NCBI GenBank assembly: GCA_036381415.1
Contig: DASVCV010000007.1
Location: 1,229-65,228 of the forward strand
Length of the DNA: 64,000 nucleotides
Reading direction: 5' to 3'
Source of the DNA: Patescibacteria group bacterium
Lineage (GTDB): Bacteria > Patescibacteriota > Microgenomatia > UBA8517
Shown: positions 32,026 through 40,681 of the stretch, in pieces
Layout: each line of letters starts with the position of its first letter
How positions within the stretch are numbered: the first letter of the stretch is position 1
The notes under the pieces: model-generated
What the model was told of the DNA's origin: nothing
The model's database searches: none
What the model saw: only the letters and a program-made list of their open reading frames with translations
Made by a program: the position numbers and the translations under genes

Positions 32026-33297
32026 TTAAATATTGCTCTTCTTTTCAATTTCACCCTCAATTTTTGATAAAAACTCACTCAAACTAACCTGTCCATAGTC
32101 TTTGCCAGACCTGTCTCTTACTGCTACTTTTTTAGCCTCTTCCTCCTTATTTCCAATTATAAGCATGTAGGGGACTTTTTCCATTTGGGCATCCCTAATC
32201 TTAGCTTGAAGTGTTTCATTCCTGTCATCTGCCTCTACTCTTATTCCTTTTTCAAGTAGCTTGCTAACTATCTCTTCTGCATATTTAACATTTTTCTCAG
32301 TTAAGGCAAGTACTTTTACCTGGACTGGAGCAAGCCAAGTAGGAAATGCTCCTTTATATTTTTCTATTAAGAAAGCAATGCTTCTCTCAATGGCTCCTAC
32401 TGAAGATCTATGAATTACAACTGCTTCCTCCTGTTCACCTTTTTCATTGGTGTAGGCTAATTTAAATCTTTTAGGAAAGACAAAGTCATATTGAACAGTA
32501 AAAGCAGTGTCTTCTTTTCCATTAGCATTAATCATTTGAATATCAACCTTTGGTCCATAAAAAGCAGCTTCTCCTTTAGCTTCAACAAATTTGTCTTTTC
32601 TTCCCTTTAATACACTTCTTAATATCTCTTCTGCCTCATCCCAGGCTTTATCATCCTTGTAGTATTTCTTTGTATTCTCTCTATCACCCAAAGATAGTCT
32701 GTAGTGATAATCGTTATCTTTAACCAATCCTAATACGCCTGAAACATACTCAATCAAATCAAAAACACCATTTAGCTCAGAATTAACCTGGTCCTTCCTT
32801 GCAATAATATGGGCATCAGCCAAGCAGAAAGATCTTGTTCTAATTAGTCCCATTAACTCCCCTGATTTCTCGTATCTAAATAACTTTGATAATTCTGCAA
32901 TCCTAATAGGGAGCTCTCTATATGAATGTGGTTTTGACAAATAAAGTTCAAAATGATGCGGACAAGTCATGGGCCTAAGCATGTACTCTTCATCCTCAAT
33001 TACAATTGGAGCATACATTGAATCTTTGTAGTAAGGATAATGTCCTGACTTTTTATACAAATCTAGTTTTGCAATTTCTGGAGTATAAACATGGCTATAT
33101 CCACGCTTTAGCTCTTCATCCACTATAAAGCGCTCAAGGACTCTCCTTACAGCAGCTCCTTTATAAGTCCAGAGTGGAAGTCCTTTTCCCACAGTGTCAG
33201 AAAAGGTAAAAAGATCAAGTTTCTTTCCAAGGACTTTGTGGTCCCACTCTTTTTCCTTTACTTCACTTTCATTAATTTTTTTATTTTTACTATTCAT
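32026..33297 (-). CDS. thrS: Threonyl-tRNA synthetase, catalytic core + anticodon-binding domain only (no N-terminal TGS/editing domains)
   Basis: 423 aa. Class II core motifs (HRSSVGAIERSIAFLIE) and a C-terminal anticodon-binding fold. Begins directly at the catalytic domain. Confidence 0.85.
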   Translation of the reverse strand: MNSKNKKINESEVKEKEWDHKVLGKKLDLFTFSDTVGKGLPLWTYKGAAVRRVLERFIVDEELKRGYSHVYTPEIAKLDLYKKSGHYPYYKDSMYAPIVIEDEEYMLRPMTCPHHFELYLSKPHSYRELPIRIAELSKLFRYEKSGELMGLIRTRSFCLADAHIIARKDQVNSELNGVFDLIEYVSGVLGLVKDNDYHYRLSLGDRENTKKYYKDDKAWDEAEEILRSVLKGRKDKFVEAKGEAAFYGPKVDIQMINANGKEDTAFTVQYDFVFPKRFKLAYTNEKGEQEEAVVIHRSSVGAIERSIAFLIEKYKGAFPTWLAPVQVKVLALTEKNVKYAEEIVSKLLEKGIRVEADDRNETLQAKIRDAQMEKVPYMLIIGNKEEEAKKVAVRDRSGKDYGQVSLSEFLSKIEGEIEKKSNI

Positions 33298-33480
33298 ATT
33301 AATTTCCTTCTAAAAACAAAAAATCCGCCTTCCTAATTATTTAAGAAGACGGCTAAACCGTGGTTCCACTTCTCTTACTTCTCTTAGTCCGTTTCGTGAA
33401 CAACCCGTCTTTAGCTTTCTGGTTGGTGAATCCAAATAATAACGCTTCAGAATAATTTATTATGAGATTTCAAAAACTCA
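33298..33480 (-). promoter_or_regulatory. T-box-like leader/attenuator of thrS
   Basis: Minus-strand GAAGUGGAACCACGG resembles the T-box consensus. A terminator hairpin ccgtcttc/gaaggcgg plus a T-run (plus-strand 33314-33352) lies ~20 nt before the thrS ATG. Confidence 0.45.
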
Positions 33481-33491
33481 TTGTCAAGTTG

Positions 33492-33562
33492 TGGACCCGG
33501 AGGGAATCGAACCCTCTATCCTTCTATGCCATAGAAGTGTGTTACCAGTATACCACGGGCCC
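33492..33562 (-). tRNA. tRNA-Ala (anticodon GGC)
   Basis: Hand-folded cloverleaf. Acceptor GGGCCCG with a G3:U70 pair, anticodon loop AUGGCAU, T-loop TTCGATT. No encoded CCA. D-stem has one mismatch. Confidence 0.7.
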
Positions 33563-33570
33563 TTGTTATG

Positions 33571-33643
33571 TGGTCGATGCCAGGCTCGAACTGACGACCT
33601 CCTTTACGTCAAAAAGGCGCTCTACCAACTGAGCTAATCGACC
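33571..33643 (-). tRNA. tRNA-Val (anticodon GAC)
   Basis: Cloverleaf GGTCGAT/ATCGACC, D-stem GCTC/GAGC, anticodon loop TTGACGT, T-arm GTCAG-TTCGAGC-CTGGC. Confidence 0.8.
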
Positions 33644-33645
33644 AA

Positions 33646-34323
33646 CTACTCCAGTATTTTACTGCAAAAGCCCTCATTTATAAAGCTTATCCTCCTCATT
33701 AGATCAATCCTGCCACACTCAATGGCACATACTCCTTTATATGTCTCATAAGTTTTAGAACTAACAGGACGCTTCTCTCTGGTAAAACTAAAATTTTTAC
33801 GAGGTATTTTTAATTGAGCTGACCAAAACCTTATTAACTTTTCTGCATCTTGATCCACCCTTAAATGGAGTTCGCATCTCAAGTTTTTTCTATCCACTCC
33901 ATAAAGGATATGTAAACATTCCACGAAAAACTTAAGAATTACTGGATTAGTATTTCCAAGAGATGTACGTCCTTTTTTTGTACCTTCACCAAGATAAAGC
34001 ATAGACAATGCAAGCTCCAGAAGACTCTTGTCTTGGAAATTTATATTGCTTAAAACAAGGCTTGCTTGATGTCTTGCTTCAAGTATTCTTTTTTCCTTTT
34101 GGGCGTGGTGCCATACAACAGCTTTTTTTCTTGCTTGTTTAAGGGACGCTCTTACTCTCCTGTCTAGACTTTGTTTTTGAGTAGGAGTTAGTTCAATTCC
34201 TCTTAGCCAGCCACTCAATGTAGACCGAGGTATACCCAGCTTTCTTTCAATCTCACCGATAGATTTTCCACTTTGTCTTAAGTTGATAGACTTATTTTTG
34301 TACTCGTACCACTGTGATCTCAC
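33646..34323 (-). CDS. HTH + LAGLIDADG-like homing-endonuclease-like protein
   Basis: N-terminal HTH (GKSIGEIERKLGIPRSTLSGWL). Central LSMLYLGEGTKKG resembles a single LAGLIDADG motif. Stop codon lies 3 nt from the tRNA-Val 5' end. Confidence 0.5.
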   Translation of the reverse strand: MRSQWYEYKNKSINLRQSGKSIGEIERKLGIPRSTLSGWLRGIELTPTQKQSLDRRVRASLKQARKKAVVWHHAQKEKRILEARHQASLVLSNINFQDKSLLELALSMLYLGEGTKKGRTSLGNTNPVILKFFVECLHILYGVDRKNLRCELHLRVDQDAEKLIRFWSAQLKIPRKNFSFTREKRPVSSKTYETYKGVCAIECGRIDLMRRISFINEGFCSKILE

Positions 34324-34384
34324 TATTTAAGAATATCTCCTATATACGAACAATACAAGTATTATTCTATGCACTAAATTCTGC

Positions 34385-34588
34385 TTATCTGCCTTCTTCC
34401 ACATTAGTCTTATTACTGTTACCTTTAATAAATGCTATATCTGTAGTTACTCCCAATCCCGAAGCTCCATGATAATAATCTTCAATTTCAATAACAGGTT
34501 GCGTATTTCCTTTTTCTTCCTCTTTGTTTTCCTTAACTTGGGAAAAATCAGGTCCTTCAATAAATCCATAAGCTTTCTTTATTTCCAT
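34385..34588 (-). CDS. Hypothetical small acidic protein
   Basis: 67-aa ORF overlapping the upstream gene by 10 nt. Confidence 0.4.
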   Translation of the reverse strand: MEIKKAYGFIEGPDFSQVKENKEEEKGNTQPVIEIEDYYHGASGLGVTTDIAFIKGNSNKTNVEEGR

Positions 34589-35169
34589 TTTTGATCACCT
34601 CCTTTTAAGTTAACAGGACGTCCATTTGATGCTAATGGAACAATTCCTTGCTTAAGTAAAGTTGAAACTATTGTGTAATTTGAACTAGGGTAATCTACTT
34701 CCTTTTCACTTAATAAACAGTCAAGTAGTGCCACTCTTACTTTATATCCCCCAGGAACAGTTATGTATGCTAAGTGTCCTGATCTCACAACACCTCCATC
34801 TTTTTGTCTATTTATATAATCAACCTCCCTGTTTAAAAAATCATGCAACTTAGCTTCTCCATTTGGATTTATTTTTCCCCACTCAATGACAAATGTACCA
34901 TCTTTTAAGAGAGTAAAATAAGCTGACGCTGGCCTGTCTTCTCCAAACACATCTTTAGAAGCTACACAACTATTGTTGTGAAGTCTAAACTCTAGTGCTC
35001 GTGCAGTCTCACTATCACCAATCCAGTTATAAGCTCTTCTTAAAAGTCTCATTTCGCCAGGTCCAATTGTAGAAGAAGAGACATAAACCTCTCTTCCTAT
35101 TAATGGACTAATATTTCCTAGATCCTCATTATGTTCTTGTATGTTTATTTCTTTTAATTCTGTTAACAT
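34579..35169 (-). CDS. Hypothetical protein
   Basis: 196-aa ORF with no recognizable motif. Confidence 0.5.
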   Translation of the reverse strand: MLTELKEINIQEHNEDLGNISPLIGREVYVSSSTIGPGEMRLLRRAYNWIGDSETARALEFRLHNNSCVASKDVFGEDRPASAYFTLLKDGTFVIEWGKINPNGEAKLHDFLNREVDYINRQKDGGVVRSGHLAYITVPGGYKVRVALLDCLLSEKEVDYPSSNYTIVSTLLKQGIVPLASNGRPVNLKGGDQKWK

Positions 35170-35178
35170 TTTGGTATT

Positions 35179-35215
35179 AAAAAAACCTCTCTGGTGAGAG
35201 GTTTGTTCTTTTTTA
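35179..35215. terminator. Bidirectional intrinsic terminator hairpin
   Basis: cctctc-tggt-gagagg stem-loop flanked by an A-run on one side and a T-run on the other. Confidence 0.5.
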
Positions 35216-35389
35216 TTTGTTTATTTTAATTTATTTATTTGTTCTTTTTCCTCCCACCAAATCTTAGCCCTTAATAATAAGGTTAAAGAGTACTGATGTG
35301 AGAAAATTCCTTGACATTAAAAGTATTCTAGCACAAGTATATCTTGCTGCCAAGCTTTGCTTGTCTGAAGAGCTACACACATGTCAAAC

Positions 35390-36028
35390 CTAGCCAGCTG
35401 ATCTTTGTAAGTAATCTTCAGAAGAAAGAAGTCTTTTACCTCCATGTTTTTTATATTGTCCCCAGAAGGTTTTCTTTTGTGCTCTTTTGTTTGCAGCTCC
35501 AAGCCAGGCATTGGCGCTTTCTATGTTTTTTCTAAAGCTTCTAACAAATTCCAATATTCTTTCAAAGAAAATCAAATGGTAAACTCCAGGATTTGCTGGA
35601 GCCTGTATTGTTGCAATCTCAACCTGACGTGCTAGTTGTGGAGTTGAGTGTGCAATTTTTGCAATCTCAGTTGTAATTGCATGAAGTTCAAGCCTTAAAT
35701 TTTGATTTTGTTTTTCAAGTATGCCCTTCTCTTCTTGTCTAATCTGTCTTTCAAAACCAAGCTGTTTTTTTAGTTTATCAGTCTGTTCTTGCTTTCCGGT
35801 TTTTACATCATTCATGACCACTTCTTTTCCTGGTTCCATATCCCCGGAAAACTTTCTCTTGGGCTTCATTCCCAAGATTTGATTCATGAATTCTCTTGCT
35901 GATTCGCGGAGTAAATCTTCTTTAACAGATTTGCCAGTGGAGTTTCCTACTTCTTTTAAGGCTTCAAGTACATTTTGCCTTCTAATTTGCTTTTGAGCTT
36001 TTTGCTGTTTAGTCTGGTTTTTATCCAT
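35390..36028 (-). CDS. Hypothetical coiled-coil protein
   Basis: 212 aa, K/Q/E-rich with a helical pattern. Confidence 0.45.
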   Translation of the reverse strand: MDKNQTKQQKAQKQIRRQNVLEALKEVGNSTGKSVKEDLLRESAREFMNQILGMKPKRKFSGDMEPGKEVVMNDVKTGKQEQTDKLKKQLGFERQIRQEEKGILEKQNQNLRLELHAITTEIAKIAHSTPQLARQVEIATIQAPANPGVYHLIFFERILEFVRSFRKNIESANAWLGAANKRAQKKTFWGQYKKHGGKRLLSSEDYLQRSAG

Positions 36029-36085
36029 ACTTCTAGATTATATCTTGGATGATACCTCATCCGCTAATTGAAAGTTGGAAACATT

Positions 36086-36973
36086 TTAGACTAGTGCCAT
36101 CAAGCGGTCAAGCGCAGCCCGACGCCTTAAAACTGATTTCACAACTAATTTCTGCTCAGGGTTTTGAGGTGCTTCAACCCCAGTTGCTTTAATGGCGTCA
36201 TCTACCTGTTTTTCAGACACCTCTACTGCCTCATTTTCTGCAATTTTATTTAAGGCCAATTCAATAGTAATTCCTTCTTTTACCTGTTTTTCATACTCAT
36301 TTCTTAATCCTTCTCCTGTTTTGCCAATAGAAGCCAAGTATGAATCAAGATTAAGTCCAAGTTTTTCAATTCTTGCTAGTAAGCTTGAAAGTCTGGTGTT
36401 TACCTCTTCATCAATTAAGAGTCTTGGAAGTTTTACTTTGACTGTTTCTAAAAGAGTAGAAATTACCTTTTGCTCTTTTTCTTCTTTAGTAAGTTCTTTT
36501 TTAAGTGAGGCAGCTCTTAAAGCTCCTTCAACAGTCTTTTTGTAATCTCCCAATTCAATCTCAGGGAAAAGGGCTGTAGTAGCTCTTACCTGCCAAGTAT
36601 CTCCCTGGCTCAAAAGTTCAAACTTGGGGTATGTGATTGGCTTTATTTTATTTGCAGTAACTGCTTCTGAATAAGCCAAAGGAAGAATCTGGGCCAAACA
36701 TTTTTCTGTTAATTCCTGCTCTCCAATTTTTGCTTTTACCTTTTCAAGTGGGGCATTTCCCTTCCTAAATCCGGCAATAGTAGTGTTTTTCTGATAATCA
36801 AGAACAATCTTTTCCTGTGCATCCTCAATGACTTTTTTAGGAATGCTAAAAGTAATCTGGACGCTACCGTCTTCTGTTGTAGCAACAGTGGATGTTATTT
36901 TAGAAACTGACTTCTCTTTTGGATGAGCTTTGGCCATAGCTCGTATTATACCTGAAAATTGACCAAAACCCAA
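36086..36973 (-). CDS. tig: Trigger factor lacking the PPIase domain
   Basis: GFRKGNAP ribosome-binding signature and a C-terminal arm domain. No FKBP segment. Probable true start at M13 (36937). Confidence 0.75.
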   Translation of the reverse strand: MGFGQFSGIIRAMAKAHPKEKSVSKITSTVATTEDGSVQITFSIPKKVIEDAQEKIVLDYQKNTTIAGFRKGNAPLEKVKAKIGEQELTEKCLAQILPLAYSEAVTANKIKPITYPKFELLSQGDTWQVRATTALFPEIELGDYKKTVEGALRAASLKKELTKEEKEQKVISTLLETVKVKLPRLLIDEEVNTRLSSLLARIEKLGLNLDSYLASIGKTGEGLRNEYEKQVKEGITIELALNKIAENEAVEVSEKQVDDAIKATGVEAPQNPEQKLVVKSVLRRRAALDRLMALV

Positions 36974-36975
36974 AA

Positions 36976-37158
36976 TCAGCCTTTATGCTGGGTTTTAAAT
37001 CTGGCTGGATCAAATTTGACAGTATTTCCTTTTCCACCAAACTTACTTCCCCTAAAGAAGCTTGGGGTTCTAAACCCTAAAGTGCTTGCAGGGGTAGTTT
37101 TGATAAAACTGTTTTTCTGTTTAGTCTTTTTGTTTTCACTCATGCCTAAATTATACAA
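36976..37158 (-). CDS. Hypothetical small basic protein
   Basis: 60 aa, K/R-rich. Translationally coupled upstream of tig. Confidence 0.3.
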   Translation of the reverse strand: MYNLGMSENKKTKQKNSFIKTTPASTLGFRTPSFFRGSKFGGKGNTVKFDPARFKTQHKG

Positions 37159-37175
37159 GAAAGAGCAATTTCTAG

Positions 37176-37940
37176 CTAATTTTTTCCTTTGGGTGAATTT
37201 GCTGAAGAATTTGTATCATTGTTTGGACTATTAGGAATATTTTGTTCTTTATTATTTTGTATCTCTCTAGCTCTCTCTGAAGCCTGGGGTGGAAGGTCTT
37301 TCTTCACTTCTTCCTTAATTTTTTCCAGGTTCTCATTCACTTGATTTAGTTGAATGATATTTTCTTGGGTCTGTGCAGTGCTTGTCGGTATATTAGTAGT
37401 TGCAGCAACTGGAGCTGTTGGTGTGTTTACCTTTTGCGAAGGTGTCTGTGTAGTTGTTTGGGCGGTACCAGATGTAGGGAGAACTGTATTGGTATTTGCA
37501 GTTACTTGTGTTTGAGGAATTACCGGATTAACACTTGTAGTAGAGGCTTGATATTGTAAAGCTGTGCTTTTTGCCTCAATGCTTTTTTGATATTCATCAA
37601 TGCTTGCTATAAATTCAGCTGCCTTTTTTGGATCTTTCTGGTCTGATATCAATTTTTGTGTTTGTTGAGCTTGTTCAACTAAGAGTGAATACCCCAAGGT
37701 TGAACCTTTATTTGCAAGAAGTTTATCTGCTTCTTTAAACCTCCTATCTGTAAAGTTAATTGAAAGAGCTGATCCAATTGGAGTCTTAACTGTAATTGCC
37801 AAGGCAACACCTTCAAATGCTCTTTTAGTTGAATAAAGGGTGTCTCCGGGTATTGCATTCCAGGAAGCAAGTATAAGTCCAGTTGGTGCAAAGAAAAAAA
37901 TGGCAAAGATTGTTGCAAGAGTTCCTAAGACTTTTCTCAT
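37176..37940 (-). CDS. Hypothetical exported protein with a T/Q/N-rich low-complexity region
   Basis: N-terminal TM/signal segment and low-complexity repeats. Confidence 0.5.
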   Translation of the reverse strand: MRKVLGTLATIFAIFFFAPTGLILASWNAIPGDTLYSTKRAFEGVALAITVKTPIGSALSINFTDRRFKEADKLLANKGSTLGYSLLVEQAQQTQKLISDQKDPKKAAEFIASIDEYQKSIEAKSTALQYQASTTSVNPVIPQTQVTANTNTVLPTSGTAQTTTQTPSQKVNTPTAPVAATTNIPTSTAQTQENIIQLNQVNENLEKIKEEVKKDLPPQASERAREIQNNKEQNIPNSPNNDTNSSANSPKGKN

Positions 37941-38275
37941 TCGCGTGCCAGTTTATGGAGAAACCAGGAAATGAGAGACAGTGCAATTGAAGCAATAATT
38001 GCAGTAGCAAAACTTGAAATTGTAAATCCAGGAACAATTAAACTCACTGCCCACAAAAGTGCAACATTAATTAAAAAGGCTGCAATTCCAAAAGTAAGAA
38101 GCGAGATTGGAAGTGCAATAAGCTGCAGGATTGGTTTTATAAAGGTATTAACTACTCCAATTACAACAGCAGCAACAATTGCACTGGTTAAGTTGTCTAA
38201 ATTAAACCCTGGAACAATATAGGCAACCACAAGAAGAGCAAACACATTAATAGCAAGCTTCATTACCAACTTCAT
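37937..38275 (-). CDS. Small 4-TM membrane protein (DUF360 / phage-holin-4-like)
   Basis: 112 aa with four hydrophobic helices. Overlaps the downstream gene by 4 nt. Confidence 0.55.
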   Translation of the reverse strand: MKLVMKLAINVFALLVVAYIVPGFNLDNLTSAIVAAVVIGVVNTFIKPILQLIALPISLLTFGIAAFLINVALLWAVSLIVPGFTISSFATAIIASIALSLISWFLHKLARE

Positions 38276-38290
38276 ATCTCTTCTTTTATA

Positions 38291-39310
38291 TTAGATATGC
38301 TTATTAAAAAAAGCAATATCTCTTGCCACAACTGTATTCCAGGAAGGCATTAAGTTGTGGTCTGCTCCTGGGTAGACATTGTAAATTATCTCTACTTTAT
38401 CTTCTTTTAATTTTTTGTTTAAATCATCACTCCAGATAAATGGAACAGACACATCAGCTGTTCCCTGTTCTAACTCAATTGGTGCTTTAATTCTATCTAA
38501 ATAATTATGTATTGAATAAAGATTAGGATCATATACTGCCTCAAAATCAGCAAGCTTCTTTCGTAAGAATCTTCCTAAATCATCTGCTTCATCTGTATAA
38601 AAAAGAATTGAATATGGAAAAGGTTTTGAAACAGGTGCCCACAAGACTGTTGGATATTCCACTCCTGTAATCTCAAGCACTGTTAATAGAATCTGTCCTC
38701 CATTTGAATGCCCCCAGAGAAAAATATTCTTGCCATCCCATTCAGGTATATTGTTTACTGACTTCATTAGTGTCATAAAAGTAGTGTAGGTTTGAAATCT
38801 TGCCTCAAATGTATCAGAAGGCTCTTTATCACTTTCTCCATATCCAAGAAAATCAGGTGCAACAGTGATAAACCCGTTGTTAGCAAAAGCTTCTGCCCCA
38901 TGCTGTGTTCCCTCGCCGCTGACGTATTTGTCTGCATCAACATATCCCCTTGCCATTAAAATAAGAGGAAACTTCTTGTCTACAACTGTTGATTTTGGAA
39001 TATTTATTATTCCAGAAACCTTTTTTGTGCCTCCTCCACCCAAGCTTGGATCAAAGCTAAAAGTAAAAAGATAGGAGGTAAAGCCCGGTTTATCTTCTAC
39101 CACTCTTTCTTTTGTAATAGCAACAGGGTTAATGTTAGGATATGCTTTTCCCAAACTATCAATTGTGTATTTATCTAGAGTTCTATCAACTATCTTTTGA
39201 ATTATCTTATTTTGAGTAGGTTTAGAAAGTATTTGTCTTTGAACCAAAATTCCAGCAAGTAAACCAAGGATAAGACTTAGAAAGGAGAAAATTGCAATTT
39301 TTTTCTTCAC
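38291..39310 (-). CDS. Secreted alpha/beta hydrolase (esterase/peptidase S9-like)
   Basis: Signal/TM segment, GxSxG nucleophile elbow (WGHSNGGQ) and downstream Asp/His residues. Confidence 0.7.
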   Translation of the reverse strand: MKKKIAIFSFLSLILGLLAGILVQRQILSKPTQNKIIQKIVDRTLDKYTIDSLGKAYPNINPVAITKERVVEDKPGFTSYLFTFSFDPSLGGGGTKKVSGIINIPKSTVVDKKFPLILMARGYVDADKYVSGEGTQHGAEAFANNGFITVAPDFLGYGESDKEPSDTFEARFQTYTTFMTLMKSVNNIPEWDGKNIFLWGHSNGGQILLTVLEITGVEYPTVLWAPVSKPFPYSILFYTDEADDLGRFLRKKLADFEAVYDPNLYSIHNYLDRIKAPIELEQGTADVSVPFIWSDDLNKKLKEDKVEIIYNVYPGADHNLMPSWNTVVARDIAFFNKHI

Positions 39311-39359
39311 GCCTTCATTTTACAACATTCCTAGCATCAAAGTTCAAAGTTTTATAGCC

Positions 39360-39701
39360 TTATCCTCTTTTCTGTCTAGTCTTTCCTCTTTCTTCTCTTA
39401 ACCTATCCTGAGTTCTATCAAGCTCTTCTGAAACTTTATCCAAACCTTTCTCTTTTAAGTCTTTTGCTTTTTCCCCAACATCTTCCTTTGCCTGATCAAT
39501 TTTGTCCTGGATCTCATCAATCTTGTCTGCCCCTTTTTCTTTCCAGTCATTAACTGTAGCCTTCACTCTTTTTCTGTTTCTTTCATCAGAGAAAAAAACA
39601 GCAGCAGCTCCCACTACAAGTCCAGTCAAAGCTGCCCAGAATACTCCCATTCCATTTGCCATATCTCTCGAATATCTGTCGTAGTCATTATTTCTTGCCA
39701 A
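39360..39701 (-). CDS. YtxH-like membrane-anchored coiled-coil protein
   Basis: TM segment followed by a K/E-rich coiled coil. Confidence 0.5.
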   Translation of the reverse strand: MARNNDYDRYSRDMANGMGVFWAALTGLVVGAAAVFFSDERNRKRVKATVNDWKEKGADKIDEIQDKIDQAKEDVGEKAKDLKEKGLDKVSEELDRTQDRLREERGKTRQKRG

Positions 39702-39707
39702 TGTGTA

Positions 39708-39938
39708 TCACCTCCTTCCCCTTCCACCTAACAAACTTTTAATAAATGATAATGCTCCAATTTTTACTTCACTTCTAAATAAAGAAATATTATGTGCAGT
39801 GTTTCTAACTTCCTCAGCAACAATTCTTATAGCTTTCAAAGTTAAAGATATCTGAATTAGAGTAAATGATATGACTGCAACAAGAGATAAAAATCCAATG
39901 GCCAAACAAATATTTAATAAGTCTTGTGTTGTTAGCAT
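39708..39938 (-). CDS. DUF948-like small membrane protein
   Basis: 76 aa with an N-terminal TM segment. Confidence 0.45.
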   Translation of the reverse strand: MLTTQDLLNICLAIGFLSLVAVISFTLIQISLTLKAIRIVAEEVRNTAHNISLFRSEVKIGALSFIKSLLGGRGRR

Positions 39939-40032
39939 CAGTTATATTTTTTCAATACCCCATAAGTTTAAGGTAAGAACCTATTAAGAAACTGGTATGA
40001 TATAATCCCAAACCACAACCTAGGATAAAAAT

Positions 40033-40428
40033 ATGAAAGAGAAAGAGCGTGCCCTACCACTAAATTACAAAGATCTTCTGGTTTTAAGATTTATTTGGGA
40101 AGGAATTGGAGAAAAAGGATATCCTCCAACCATGGAGGAACTAAAAGAAAAGCTTCAGAAGGAAAGAAAATATATTCATGATGTTTTAGGACTAGAATCA
40201 GTGGACTTTGGATCCAATTCCAAATCAATTGTCTATAAATGTATCCAAAAGCTTGAGGAAAATGACATGGTTACTTGTAACTATGAAAAAAGGAAAGCAA
40301 GAGCAATTATTCCTCTTGTTCCCAGTGTCTTGCCTCTTGTTGGAACCCATAATCTCACTTCTTCTGAAATAGACTCACGCATCCAAGCCTATAAGAGAAA
40401 TCATAAAGTGATTTTACCTAAATATTAA
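40033..40428 (+). CDS. LexA-like winged-helix DNA-binding protein (no S24 peptidase domain)
   Basis: LVLRFIWEGIGEKGYPPTMEELKEKL matches the LexA N-terminal DNA-binding domain pattern. No Ser-Lys dyad region. Confidence 0.55.
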   Translation: MKEKERALPLNYKDLLVLRFIWEGIGEKGYPPTMEELKEKLQKERKYIHDVLGLESVDFGSNSKSIVYKCIQKLEENDMVTCNYEKRKARAIIPLVPSVLPLVGTHNLTSSEIDSRIQAYKRNHKVILPKY

Positions 40429-40681
40429 AACTTCCATATTGACTTCGGTTTCTTTTTGGGTTTATAAATAAGTATGATCCAAAGAATATCCGAACCAGTA
40501 TCAGTTGTCTCTACTTTTAACAGTGCCACCAAAAAGGTTTATCCCACAAACATTGTCTGGAGACAAAGAATTTACAAAATCACAAAAATAGGACTTCACC
40601 ACACTTATAGGCAGGGCCGGACTTTATATCATGTTTTCTCAGTGGCAAGCCAGAACCTTTTCTTTAGATTAGTTCTTAATA

